Assembly (NCBI GenBank): GCA_964631685.1
Contig: CAZVZU010000002.1
Location: 96,001 to 160,000 of the forward strand
Direction: 5' to 3'
DNA length: 64,000 nt
Source: an uncultured Actinomycetes bacterium
GTDB taxonomy: Bacteria > SZUA-79 > Acidulodesulfobacterales > Acidulodesulfobacteraceae
Part shown: one piece after another, positions 10,110-20,118 of the stretch
Numbering within the stretch: position 1 is the stretch's first letter
How the letters are laid out: each line of letters starts with the position of its first letter
The notes under the pieces: generated by a model
Told to the model about the DNA's origin: nothing
Databases searched by the model: none
Seen by the model: the letters and a program-made list of their open reading frames with translations, nothing else
Program-made: the position numbers and the translations under genes

Positions 10110-10727
10110 TTATAGGGCTAATCCTATTTTAAAAGCCTTTAAATTATCCTTTGGCCCTTTACCTGCCGAAAGAACATGTTCCACCGCAATTTTGTTAATC
10201 GGAATACCTGTTTTAGCGAACAGAACACCCAAGGCAATAATATTTCTTTGAGTAAGAGAATTAAAGTTATTAATAGAAATTTCATCTAGGTCATAAACAA
10301 ATATCTTTTCGGTTATTTTTTTCAACTCATTTACTATATGGGAAAGCTCAGGATAAGATGTTTGTCCCATTCTGACACTAATAGGAATACGTGGCATTTT
10401 ATTAAAAATTACGGTTGAATGATTGTTTAAATACCGTGCTCCCCTTAATGTCTCAAGCGGCTCCAGTGATATCAAAACATCCGCGCCACCGGATTCTATC
10501 ATTGGAGAATGAATGTTTTTTTTAGCATCTTTAAGTTCTGAACTATTTTCATAAAAAATATATTTCACAAACGTTTCGACATACCCTTCCCGCTGGGCGC
10601 CACCCCGCCTCTCAGAGCCGGATACATCTCGCAAATCAGAACTAAGCGCAGCATTCTTCAAAACAGTCCCCATAGTTATAATGCCCTGTCCTCCAAGACC
10701 AACTATTGCTATATTAAACCTTTTCAT
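10110..10727 (-). CDS. iorB: Indolepyruvate/2-oxoacid:ferredoxin oxidoreductase beta subunit
   Basis: GLGGQG, AQR.G.V, LE.LE.LR, N..ALG; follows iorA. Confidence 0.85.
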   Translation of the reverse strand: MKRFNIAIVGLGGQGIITMGTVLKNAALSSDLRDVSGSERRGGAQREGYVETFVKYIFYENSSELKDAKKNIHSPMIESGGADVLISLEPLETLRGARYLNNHSTVIFNKMPRIPISVRMGQTSYPELSHIVNELKKITEKIFVYDLDEISINNFNSLTQRNIIALGVLFAKTGIPINKIAVEHVLSAGKGPKDNLKAFKIGLAL

Positions 10728-10758
10728 TTAAAGAATAAGACTCCCATATAAATTATAA

Positions 10759-12789
10759 TTAAACTTGAACCGGAACTTCTGCCATGCGACCTATGTCAAT
10801 CTTTTTACTCAATTCTGTCTTTAGATTAAACTCAACCTTCCTAATTGCACTATTTGGACAAATTTCGTAACAAACACCACATTTAACGCAAGAAACGGGA
10901 TCAATATAGTAATACTCATCACCTTCAGGGCTATCCTTTTTAGCGATAATGGCTGGACATGCAAGCTCTACAAAGCACTCATTGCACTTTACGCATCTTG
11001 ATTTTTGAATTTCGTAGAGAGATTTCATCGGCTCATAGTGCATACCACAACTTTTTTGAACAAATTTATTTCTTCTAGCTTCTTGAAGAATACATTCTCT
11101 TTTTGCAATTAGCACCTTAACACCCGGCTCCTTCAATGCGTTCTTCACCTGAGATGCAAACCTTTTTATGCTATTAGGGTCAAGGCTTTTAATGTACCTT
11201 ACCCCAAGCGATTTAACTAAATCTTTTAGATTTACAATATTGTCGGGCAATGTCCCATCAATATCCCTTTGCGTTGACGGCGTTCTTTGGTGTCCGGTCA
11301 TAGCCGTCCAACTATTATCAAGTATGACATAGAGGATATTTGCACCATTTTGAACAGCATTTAATAATACCGGAATACCGGAATGATAAAATGTAGAATC
11401 ACCCACAAGTGCTATAATTTTCTTTTTTTTATCAAAAAGACTTATAGCCTGTCCTATTCCAAGCCCTGCATTCATGCATGTAAGGAAATCCATTGCATTG
11501 TACGGGGGTAAAAGCCCAAGGGTATAACATCCAATATCTCCCGCTATAATTACATCTCTATTCTTAGCATCTGTATTTGAAAAACCCACAGCTTTTAGAA
11601 TAGAATAGATCGTGGCGCGATGAGGGCACCCGACGCAAAAAGTACCAGACCTCTGGGGCAAATTATCATCTAACTCTTTAGTTTTTTTAACGGCAAAATC
11701 GAAAAATTTGGGGGACGGTTTCTCTAAAAATTCGCTGACGCCCTCAATGACACCATCTAATGTAAGCTCGCCAGCCGGATCAAAGATATCCTTTCCATGA
11801 ATCTTGCCTTTATAGCCCATGTCATAGGCTATTCTTTTAATCTGAAATTCCAAGAACCCCTCGGCTTCCTCCACGATAACAACCTCATCGGTGTCTTCTA
11901 AAAAATTAATTATGAGCTCATCGGGTAAGGGAAAGGTGAAACCAAGTTTTAAAATTTTATGGTCGTAAATTCCCAAAATATCCAGCGCCTCTACTAAATG
12001 CGCATATATTACGCCAGACGATATGAAACCTACTTTTGATCCTGCCGAAACGGTATCCGGCATCAGGGTATAGTTAAATTGTGAATTTTCAAGGTACTTT
12101 TTGAGAAGAATATACCTTTCTAAATATTTTTTATGATTTCGCACAGACATATTAAAAAGGTTGAGATAATTCTCGGGATCTTTCTTGAAGTCTCCTTCAA
12201 TACCCGTCCTGTCCCGCACATCGCCAAAGCGTAGAATGCCAGCGTTGTGGCACAGCCTTGACGGTGCCATCAGCATAATGCCGAAAGAGAACTTCTCTGA
12301 TATTTCAAATGCCTCTCTGGTGAAATCCTTCGCCTCTTGAATATTTGCCGGCTCCATAATCGGCATATAAGTGTGTAGACTGTACCACCTATCATCCTGT
12401 TCATTAGAGCTACTTGTCGCCCCGGGATCAGAACCTATAGCTAGTACCAGCCCTGCCTTAACCCCAGTATATGCCAAAAAATGGGCAGGCTCACTTGCGA
12501 CATTGAGCCCAACATTCTTCATAGCACAAAGCGCTCTAATGCCCGACCATGAAGCACCGATAGCGCCGTGAAGCGATATATGCTCGTTCAAACTAAATTC
12601 GGCGTACAGATTCTTGATACTACTTTTATTTTTATAAAGCCCGATAATAATCTCAGAAGCCGGCGTCCCGGGATACATAGACGCATAACCTATCCCAGCC
12701 TCTAGTGCCCCCCTTGCTATCGCTTCGTTCCCAAGCACTATGCCCTTATCGCCCTGCCTTCCGTTTATAAACAAATTATCCTTACTCAC
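10759..12789 (-). CDS. iorA: Indolepyruvate/2-oxoacid:ferredoxin oxidoreductase alpha subunit
   Basis: GNEAIARG, YPGTP, KNVGLNVA, C.GCPHR, GDIGCY, GDSTF.HSG, C-terminal 2x[4Fe-4S] motifs; GTG start. Confidence 0.92.
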   Translation of the reverse strand: MSKDNLFINGRQGDKGIVLGNEAIARGALEAGIGYASMYPGTPASEIIIGLYKNKSSIKNLYAEFSLNEHISLHGAIGASWSGIRALCAMKNVGLNVASEPAHFLAYTGVKAGLVLAIGSDPGATSSSNEQDDRWYSLHTYMPIMEPANIQEAKDFTREAFEISEKFSFGIMLMAPSRLCHNAGILRFGDVRDRTGIEGDFKKDPENYLNLFNMSVRNHKKYLERYILLKKYLENSQFNYTLMPDTVSAGSKVGFISSGVIYAHLVEALDILGIYDHKILKLGFTFPLPDELIINFLEDTDEVVIVEEAEGFLEFQIKRIAYDMGYKGKIHGKDIFDPAGELTLDGVIEGVSEFLEKPSPKFFDFAVKKTKELDDNLPQRSGTFCVGCPHRATIYSILKAVGFSNTDAKNRDVIIAGDIGCYTLGLLPPYNAMDFLTCMNAGLGIGQAISLFDKKKKIIALVGDSTFYHSGIPVLLNAVQNGANILYVILDNSWTAMTGHQRTPSTQRDIDGTLPDNIVNLKDLVKSLGVRYIKSLDPNSIKRFASQVKNALKEPGVKVLIAKRECILQEARRNKFVQKSCGMHYEPMKSLYEIQKSRCVKCNECFVELACPAIIAKKDSPEGDEYYYIDPVSCVKCGVCYEICPNSAIRKVEFNLKTELSKKIDIGRMAEVPVQV

Positions 12790-12833
12790 GATTTGTCATC
12801 CCCCCATAGCCGAAGACATATGTTTTATACATA

Positions 12834-13565
12834 TCAATATTGAGTAAATATATTGGACTTTTCGTCTAAGATCTTAATTATAACTCCGTCCACATTTAGT
12901 TCTGAACCCTTTTCTATATATTTTTCCAGTGAGGGTTTGATATCAGATTCTTTGGTATATAACATTACTGATTTTCCTTTGGACTTTATATGATTAATGA
13001 TATTTTTATCAATATCGTCTCCGGAATAATTTATAACAAACATATCAATCCCTATTTTTCCGAGTTTTTTAATCTTAAAAAAATCCATAGAAGTAGACGC
13101 ACCAACCATAACTCCTAGATTAAAAAATCCGAAATCAGGATACTCTTTTTTTATAATAGAGCTAAACCCTACGACATCTATATCGTACACCGGCTTAGCA
13201 GCAGGAAATATAGTTTTTAGCGTATGCAAGCCCTCTGATATTATTATATCTTTAACACCTAACTGTTTAAGCGTTATCAAATCAGACAGGATAGCAATCC
13301 TGTTTTTATCCCTCATATTAAAGGCATAAGCTACATCAAGCGTACCTGCATTATATCTATTTTTTAAATCTTTACACAATAATAATGCATTTATTCCAAA
13401 ATTTTGCTCTATAACAATTGCACAAGAGGGTGCCGGCCCATCATTCTTTATTAATCCAAATTTTTTGTTTGCATGTATCACTCCGCCTACAATCTTATCC
13501 AGATGTTCTTCGAAATTTATATAACTCTCTCCGCTGGGAGTTTCAATTTGCGATATTATCTTCAT
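12834..13565 (-). CDS. Divergent MetF (methylenetetrahydrofolate reductase)-like protein with altered catalytic residues
   Basis: RDKNRIAILSDL, LGVKDII, P.AKPVYDID match MetVF-type MetF motifs; directly downstream of a metV-like gene. Confidence 0.75.
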   Translation of the reverse strand: MKIISQIETPSGESYINFEEHLDKIVGGVIHANKKFGLIKNDGPAPSCAIVIEQNFGINALLLCKDLKNRYNAGTLDVAYAFNMRDKNRIAILSDLITLKQLGVKDIIISEGLHTLKTIFPAAKPVYDIDVVGFSSIIKKEYPDFGFFNLGVMVGASTSMDFFKIKKLGKIGIDMFVINYSGDDIDKNIINHIKSKGKSVMLYTKESDIKPSLEKYIEKGSELNVDGVIIKILDEKSNIFTQY

Positions 13566-13618
13566 AGAAAATTAGTTTATTGTTATTGTAATTGCCTTTT
13601 TATTTGACCTATTAAAAA

Positions 13619-14251
13619 TCAGAGCTTCCGCTTTATCGTCCTGCCATAATTTCTCGGGAAAAATATATTATCAAGATTTTCCTCCTCTAAAAATTTAGAC
13701 ATATTCTCGCAGGACTTCACGAACACACAAATGCTCTCTTCATAAACCTCGCAATTAGTGCCGTTATGACCCTCGCATGGTCCGTTTAACAAGCCCTTCG
13801 GACACAATGTGATAGTACAAACACCGCCGGTAAAATTCAATCTGCACTCATCGCAACCACTGCATAAAGCATTATACTCACCAATATGCTCCGTTTGAGC
13901 TATATATTTACTGTCCACTCCCGCTATAACTTTTTTGCCGATATATTCCCCTATAGTCTGAACTCCTGTCCCGCAAGATAACACTACTACTGCTTCGGTA
14001 TCTTCCAGTTTATCCTCTACAAAGCGAATATCCTCTCTTAAAACCCTTTTATCGCAAGGCTCATCTATTGAAATAGTGAATAGTACCTCTTTTCCCATAT
14101 TTACTATGTGCTTTTCCATTTCTTTAACCTCTCTGCTTCCTCCGGTTAAGCACACAGAAGCGCACGAGGCGCACCCGACTATTCCAAGTCTTTTATATTT
14201 TTTTAATGCCTCATCTATCTCTTTAATGTCCTTTTTTTCGGTTAAAAACAC
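13619..14251 (-). CDS. metV: MetV-like Fe-S/Zn protein (MTHFR partner subunit)
   Basis: GCASCA.VC..GG, SCG.GVQ, C.GC..C.L..TGG.C..T.C.K.LLNGPC.G....CEV. Confidence 0.85.
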   Translation of the reverse strand: MFLTEKKDIKEIDEALKKYKRLGIVGCASCASVCLTGGSREVKEMEKHIVNMGKEVLFTISIDEPCDKRVLREDIRFVEDKLEDTEAVVVLSCGTGVQTIGEYIGKKVIAGVDSKYIAQTEHIGEYNALCSGCDECRLNFTGGVCTITLCPKGLLNGPCEGHNGTNCEVYEESICVFVKSCENMSKFLEEENLDNIFFPRNYGRTIKRKL

Positions 14252-14301
14252 AGTACAGCACCCTTCTTGTTAACGTATAATGATTGTCCACATGAGCATT
14301 T

Positions 14302-15396
14302 TTATCGCATACTTGTCAATCTTACATTGACCGATCTAGTAGTTTTACCCCTATGCACCCTAAGAATGATAACCTGCCTAGGAGAAAACGTACTTATAAG
14401 CTCCTCAAGACGAGAGAAAGAATATACCCTTCTGTTATTTATTTTCGTTATGATATCGCCGCCCGTTACATATGTGATGTTCTTCATCGCAATAATCCTT
14501 GTTCCTGCAACAAGGCCAGCTTTATAGGCGGGGCTTCCGGGAAAAACCTTTTCTATTAAGAGCCCTTTTTTAACATACTTAATGCCAAGAAGAGTCGCAA
14601 GACTCGGCGTCAGCTTTATCGCTTCTATCCCAAGCCACGGTTTTATCACTCTTCCGTATTTAATTAATCGAGGCACATCCCGTTTAGCAAGATTTATAGG
14701 TATAGCAAATCCTATATTTTGAGCATTGTTTGCTAATTTAGCCGTATTTATACCAATAACACGTCCCTTATAGTCAACTAACGGTCCACCTGAATTGCCG
14801 GGATTAATTGCAGCATCAGTCTGAATTATATTCCCGTAAAATCTTGCCGAGGGGAAAAAAAGCGACCTTTTAAGACCACTGATAATTCCCGTCGTAACGG
14901 TCTGATAAAGATTGTAAGGATTGCCTATAGCTATAACCCTCTCGCCAACCTTTAAATTATCGGAATCCCCTAATACTAACGGAACTATTCTTTTGCCTAT
15001 CGGATTAATACGGATAATCGCTATATCGGATGTGAGATTGGTCCCGACTATACTCGCCCTTAAATCTTTATACTTTAAAAAACTCACATATATCTTGCCC
15101 GCATTTCCGATAACATGAAAATTAGTCAGTATATCCCCATCTCTATTTATAAAGAACCCCGTTCCAATATCTTCTTCCGGCATTATAGCGCCGTTTTTAA
15201 GCCTTGTAAATCCTAAAACCTTAATATGCACAACCCCAGGTGTAAGCTCCTTAAAAAGATGCTCTACAACAGAATCTTTATTGCCTGCATTGCCGTAGGC
15301 GTAAGACCGTCCGATGAATAAACTGCAGGTTAAAATTGTAGCAAATATAAAAATTGATATAAAAAATATTTTTCTACGCAGCGTCCGAAAAAGCAT
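14302..15396 (-). CDS. HtrA/DegP-family serine protease with PDZ domain
   Basis: N-terminal signal/TM; TNFHV, D.A, TDAAINPGNSGGPL catalytic motifs; C-terminal PDZ (SPA.KAGL, GDII). Confidence 0.93.
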   Translation of the reverse strand: MLFRTLRRKIFFISIFIFATILTCSLFIGRSYAYGNAGNKDSVVEHLFKELTPGVVHIKVLGFTRLKNGAIMPEEDIGTGFFINRDGDILTNFHVIGNAGKIYVSFLKYKDLRASIVGTNLTSDIAIIRINPIGKRIVPLVLGDSDNLKVGERVIAIGNPYNLYQTVTTGIISGLKRSLFFPSARFYGNIIQTDAAINPGNSGGPLVDYKGRVIGINTAKLANNAQNIGFAIPINLAKRDVPRLIKYGRVIKPWLGIEAIKLTPSLATLLGIKYVKKGLLIEKVFPGSPAYKAGLVAGTRIIAMKNITYVTGGDIITKINNRRVYSFSRLEELISTFSPRQVIILRVHRGKTTRSVNVRLTSMR

Positions 15397-16603
15397 TGTT
15401 AGTCTCCCTCCACTGCTTAGCCTGATGCATAAAAGTCTCCAATCTAAGCATTAAGTTAGTACTTTCCTGTCCATCAAACCATAAATTTATCCAAGGAAAA
15501 TTATTAAGGTCTTCTCTGAATCTCTTAGAAATGGTCTGCACAATAGAACCGGGCATGCAGTGGAAAGGATGAATACTTACAACACCCGAATATCCTTTTT
15601 TCGCAAAATCAATAGACTCGCCCACCGTAAGAATCGCCTCGCCCCCCAGCGATATATCTAAATATTTCTTAGAATATGCAAGTATTTCTTTTATGCTTGT
15701 CTCTTTATGATCTCTAAACATATTTTTGAAAGGCTTGAACATATTTATTTCATCCTTTCTTTGATAATAGTTTACAAGAAAGCTTAAAAAAACGTCTTTT
15801 ATCTTTTTGTTTTTAATTGCATTTAAACCGTATTGATATGTAGTAAAAGTTATCCACTTGTACATTGGGACGACGGAAACTTCCCCTCCGAGCGACTCAA
15901 TTTTGTCTACAGTAAAATTATTTGCAAATTTATTTAATCTTAAAAATATCTCGCCGACAACACCTATGAGAGGCTTATCCCCATCCTTTCTTGGTATTTC
16001 TTCAAACTTTTTAGCACATATTCCTATAACATCATAAATGTTCGTACCCTTTTCCAACGCTTCGACGGTCAGGCTCATGCACTCCTTATACACCAACGTA
16101 GTAGATCCCTTAACAATTTCGTACGGCCTTATCCTATGAAGGGCTTTTTCCAGCACATCAAATGCCACGCAACCCTGCCACGCAACCTTCCTGAAAAGAA
16201 CTGCCTTATCTCCGATAAAATCCGTGTATGATTTCTGAGCGCTCGGCACCAAAAACTCGACTTCATCGTAACCTAAATTATCTAATACCAACTCGTGGAG
16301 CCTATTATATTGACCAAACTTACAAGGACCCGAGGATGTAGGCATAAAAAAAGCAGATTTTTTGGCATTAAAATCCGGCTTTTCGATAACCTTTATGATA
16401 TCACCCGTAGTAACAAAACAAGGCATGCATTCATTTCCATTTGTAAATTTAAGTCCAAAATCAAGCGTAGATTCATCCGGACCGTCCATAACCTCGGAAT
16501 CTACCCCGCACCTTTTAAAGGCAGCACTTAAAGCATAAGCGCCATCCGACATATATGGTATATAAACTTTTTTATCGAATATACCTGTATTCGTGTGATG
16601 CAT
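15374..16603 (-). CDS. Stand-alone C-terminal module of the acyl-CoA dehydratase activase-related family
   Basis: G.EC.PC..T.GD, GPC.FGQY, IGVVGEIF.R, GEA.LT.G, PF.CMPG, DGQ....RLE.F; no ATPase domain in the ORF. Confidence 0.7.
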   Translation of the reverse strand: MHHTNTGIFDKKVYIPYMSDGAYALSAAFKRCGVDSEVMDGPDESTLDFGLKFTNGNECMPCFVTTGDIIKVIEKPDFNAKKSAFFMPTSSGPCKFGQYNRLHELVLDNLGYDEVEFLVPSAQKSYTDFIGDKAVLFRKVAWQGCVAFDVLEKALHRIRPYEIVKGSTTLVYKECMSLTVEALEKGTNIYDVIGICAKKFEEIPRKDGDKPLIGVVGEIFLRLNKFANNFTVDKIESLGGEVSVVPMYKWITFTTYQYGLNAIKNKKIKDVFLSFLVNYYQRKDEINMFKPFKNMFRDHKETSIKEILAYSKKYLDISLGGEAILTVGESIDFAKKGYSGVVSIHPFHCMPGSIVQTISKRFREDLNNFPWINLWFDGQESTNLMLRLETFMHQAKQWRETNNAFSDAA

Positions 16604-16673
16604 ATATTAATCTCCTTGACAATATAACCTATTAATTGTTAATGCGAAAATGCCTCTGCATTTGAATGCTATA

Positions 16674-16702
16674 ATTATAATAGAGCATTATGATAAAGTC
16701 AA
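16674..16702 (-). promoter_or_regulatory. Sigma70-type promoter heading the activase-like/htrA/metV/ior run
   Basis: TTGACT (16702-16697), 17 nt, TATAAT (16679-16674); AAGGAG RBS before ATG 16603. Confidence 0.7.
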
Positions 16703-16746
16703 ATTAGCCCGTAATTACAGTATTAACAAAGATAATAATACAATGA

Positions 16747-18018
16747 CTATTTCTTTAAACTTTGAGCATAGATACTTATTAAATGCTGTACCGGCATTAT
16801 GCGATCTTTATTTATGATATCCTTTTGATCATTCAAGGAAAGCATACATCCTGAGCAGGATGTTAAAATATTTTGCGGTGATACCTCTTTAATCTCATCG
16901 AATTTCCGTCTTGTGATCTCTTTGGATAATTCGTAATGCCTTACATTGAACATGCCCCCGTTACCGCAACAATAGTTATATTTTAATGGCATCAATTTTA
17001 AACCGTTAATTTTATCTATAATAAAACCAGCTTCACCAATTAATCTCTCGTTATATGATGCCGGTTTGAATTCAGGTGAATTTGAAAGATGGCACGGTAT
17101 ATGAAACACCGCATCAGTTTCTTTTTTTAACTTCCCAACCTTTATTTCAATACCCTTTTTTTCCATTAATTTAAAGAACGACCAGATATTCAATAATTTT
17201 TTAGAAAAATCCAAAACTTCATTATAATATTTATCATTTTTACTGAAGTACAATGGATAAAGGTTATTTATAGAATAGGAACAAGATGCACAGGAAGTAA
17301 CTATAAAATCCAAATCCTGCGCCATAAATGCATTTACATTATTTAGGGCAAGATCCCTAAAAGAGGCTATATCGCCACTGGTTATAAAGGGCAGTCCACA
17401 ACAACCCTGCATTTTAGGAATAAATACAGAAACCCCATTTTGCACCAAAGACGATACCGTATCAACGGATATTTGAGGGTATATACTATCAAATATGCAA
17501 CCGCTAAAATAACCCACCCTAATTTCTTTTTCTTTACCTTCTATACTAGTACTATCTACCTTGAACCAATAATCCTTGCCGGTAATGAAGGTTTTGCCGT
17601 GGGGAGTTGGAGCGGATCTTTTACTAAGTTGATTTATGACCGGAATATTGGCAATTATTAAGGCGGACCTTAATAAAACCTTGCCTTTATTCTTAAGTAC
17701 CTTAAGGGCTAACTTGTCGATAGAAAATTTTTTATCCCGAATCTTATTCAATTCGATCTTTTCATTTATTACCAATTCTCCTATTCGAACATCGTTAGGG
17801 CAAACCTCGACGCACCTACCACATAAAAGGCAAGTAGACATTGAGTCCGTAACTTTTGAAGTACGTAAGGCCGGTTTATCAACATTATCGGCCAAGATTA
17901 ACCTTATCCTGCCCCTTGGGCTATAAAATTCGTTCAACCTAATACTATATGTTGGGCAAACCGTTAGGCATTTGCCACAATGAACACAATTAAGATAACC
18001 TTTATATTCCTCTTTCAA
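16747..18018 (-). CDS. GlcF-like Fe-S oxidoreductase subunit
   Basis: CVHCGKC...CP, CLLCGRC...CP and two CCG domains. Confidence 0.88.
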   Translation of the reverse strand: MKEEYKGYLNCVHCGKCLTVCPTYSIRLNEFYSPRGRIRLILADNVDKPALRTSKVTDSMSTCLLCGRCVEVCPNDVRIGELVINEKIELNKIRDKKFSIDKLALKVLKNKGKVLLRSALIIANIPVINQLSKRSAPTPHGKTFITGKDYWFKVDSTSIEGKEKEIRVGYFSGCIFDSIYPQISVDTVSSLVQNGVSVFIPKMQGCCGLPFITSGDIASFRDLALNNVNAFMAQDLDFIVTSCASCSYSINNLYPLYFSKNDKYYNEVLDFSKKLLNIWSFFKLMEKKGIEIKVGKLKKETDAVFHIPCHLSNSPEFKPASYNERLIGEAGFIIDKINGLKLMPLKYNYCCGNGGMFNVRHYELSKEITRRKFDEIKEVSPQNILTSCSGCMLSLNDQKDIINKDRIMPVQHLISIYAQSLKK

Positions 18019-18065
18019 TTAAAATCCCCTGCGTGTAAAATGCGAACTCAACATAAAAATGTATC

Positions 18066-19439
18066 TTAGAATATCTTGCCGGGATTAATGATATTTTCAG
18101 GATCGAATACTCTTTTTATGTTCTTTAGGATATTCATGTAATAATTATTGTATTTTAGTTGCATAAATTCTTTTTTTGCCAATCCGATCCCATGCTCTCC
18201 TGACAAACTCCCGCCCAAGCCAACTGTTTTTTTTAATATGTCCAGCTTTGCTTTCTCTCCCCTTTCAACCATATCGGCATCTACCTTGTTTAGCATAATA
18301 TTCACATGAATATTACCGTCACCAAAATGTCCAAAATTTGTTATAGGGACAGCGTATTTTTTTGAAATACCTTCAATATAAGAAAGCATCTCTTTGATAT
18401 TACCTATGGGAACGGCTATATCATTGTTCATCTTTAGGTCCCCATATCTTCGTAAAGATGGCGAAATTGCCTTTCTCGCCTCCATTATTATTTTCTTCTC
18501 TTCGCTACAACCAGACGCAAAGAGGAAAATAGGTGAAAACTCATTTAATATCCTTTTGTACTCCGCGATAGAACTGTCAACCTCTATTTCCGAACCATCG
18601 GCTTCGATAATGAACAGCAGGGCACCGCTTACCTTTATTATATCACTTTTAAAATAACCCCTCACCGAATCAATAGAAGCTTTGTCCATAAATTCCAACA
18701 TTGACGGCCGATTTCTAAGTCTCAACAATGACAACGCCGCCTTAAATCCATTATCCATATCATCGAATGATACAAGAATTAACGAATCGGTGATAGGTTT
18801 GGATAAAAATTTAAGCGTAATCTTGGAAAAAAAACCAAGTGTTCCCTCCGAACCAACCAGCAACTGAGTAAGATTATATCCGGAAACATCTTTAACCGTT
18901 TTAGAACCCGTATTTATTATTTCGCCGTTTCCAGTAACCATTTCCAAGCCTGCAACATAATCTTTAGTAACTCCGTATTTAACCGCGCTTGGACCGCCGG
19001 CACATTCAGCAACATTGCCGCCTATCGTTGAAAACTCGTAGCTTGCAGGATCAGGCGGATAAAAATAACCCCTATCGCTTAGGTATGACTTTAGGTCAGC
19101 GTTTATAACGCCGGGTTCAACCGTTATGAACATATTTTCTTCATCTAATTCCAAAATATGGTTCATTTTAGTAAATGAAACCACGACCCCACCTTTAAAT
19201 GGCAAACTCCCACCGGAAAATCCGCTTCCGGAACCCCTTCCGACAATAGGGACGCCGTAGACGATACATAACTTAACAATTCTAGACAATTCATTAGGAT
19301 TCAAAGGAAAAACAACGATATCTGGCATAAATTCCATGACCGTTGCATCATAAGAATAGCAGAGCAGTTCTTCCTTTTCAGTTAAAACTCGCTTTTCACC
19401 AAGTAATTTTTTAAATGTTTTTATAAGTTTTTGGTGCAT
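18066..19439 (-). CDS. GlcD-like FAD-linked 2-hydroxyacid dehydrogenase (glycolate/D-lactate)
   Basis: RG.G....GGS, YPPDPAS, GSEGTLG, GH.GDGN.H, GEHGIG, NPGK. Confidence 0.9.
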   Translation of the reverse strand: MHQKLIKTFKKLLGEKRVLTEKEELLCYSYDATVMEFMPDIVVFPLNPNELSRIVKLCIVYGVPIVGRGSGSGFSGGSLPFKGGVVVSFTKMNHILELDEENMFITVEPGVINADLKSYLSDRGYFYPPDPASYEFSTIGGNVAECAGGPSAVKYGVTKDYVAGLEMVTGNGEIINTGSKTVKDVSGYNLTQLLVGSEGTLGFFSKITLKFLSKPITDSLILVSFDDMDNGFKAALSLLRLRNRPSMLEFMDKASIDSVRGYFKSDIIKVSGALLFIIEADGSEIEVDSSIAEYKRILNEFSPIFLFASGCSEEKKIIMEARKAISPSLRRYGDLKMNNDIAVPIGNIKEMLSYIEGISKKYAVPITNFGHFGDGNIHVNIMLNKVDADMVERGEKAKLDILKKTVGLGGSLSGEHGIGLAKKEFMQLKYNNYYMNILKNIKRVFDPENIINPGKIF

Positions 19440-19450
19440 GACGTATACCT

Positions 19451-20095
19451 CTAATCAGGCAAGGAGCAAGATGTAATCGCTTCCGCGATCTTTTTAAAGG
19501 CATTTGCTCTGTGAGATATCTTATTTTTCTCTAAAGAGTCAATTTGCGCAAGTGTTTTATTGAAACTAGGAACAAAAAAAACGGGATCGTAACCAAAACC
19601 CTTTGTGCCACTTATTTCATTGGCAATTAACCCGTTTAATTCCCCCTCAAAATAGTGCGATTTACCACTTCCTATGTCATATAGGCAAGCTAGACAGACA
19701 AATTTAGCATCTCTATGTTCTGTGCAACTCTTATTTAATTTCATTGTATCAAGAAGTTTATTTATGTTTTCCGCATCCGTAGCATTTGCACCTGCAAATC
19801 TAGCCGTAACAAGACCGGGGGTATTTCCTATGCATGATACCTCTAATCCAGAATCCTCGCTCACTATATAGTCTAAATTTAGTTTAGACCTTAACCCTGG
19901 ATTTTTATTCAAAAACTCCGCATAGCCGTCTACCTTAATTTTAGCATTCTGGCTATATGTTTTTCCATTTTCTACTATATCTACGTCAAAATTTTTGTCC
20001 GGATAAATGATATTAAACGATGTATAATCGCTCATTATAAGCCTGATTTCTTGAAACTTATGTACATTTCCGGTAGCTATTAATATATTAATCAT
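19451..20095 (-). CDS. rdgB: dITP/XTP pyrophosphatase (Ham1 family)
   Basis: ATGN.HK..E, EDSGL, GFGYDPVF, KNKISHR; follows rph. Confidence 0.93.
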   Translation of the reverse strand: MINILIATGNVHKFQEIRLIMSDYTSFNIIYPDKNFDVDIVENGKTYSQNAKIKVDGYAEFLNKNPGLRSKLNLDYIVSEDSGLEVSCIGNTPGLVTARFAGANATDAENINKLLDTMKLNKSCTEHRDAKFVCLACLYDIGSGKSHYFEGELNGLIANEISGTKGFGYDPVFFVPSFNKTLAQIDSLEKNKISHRANAFKKIAEAITSCSLPD

Positions 20096-20118
20096 TTGTC
20101 AATAAAAAATTAACGAAA

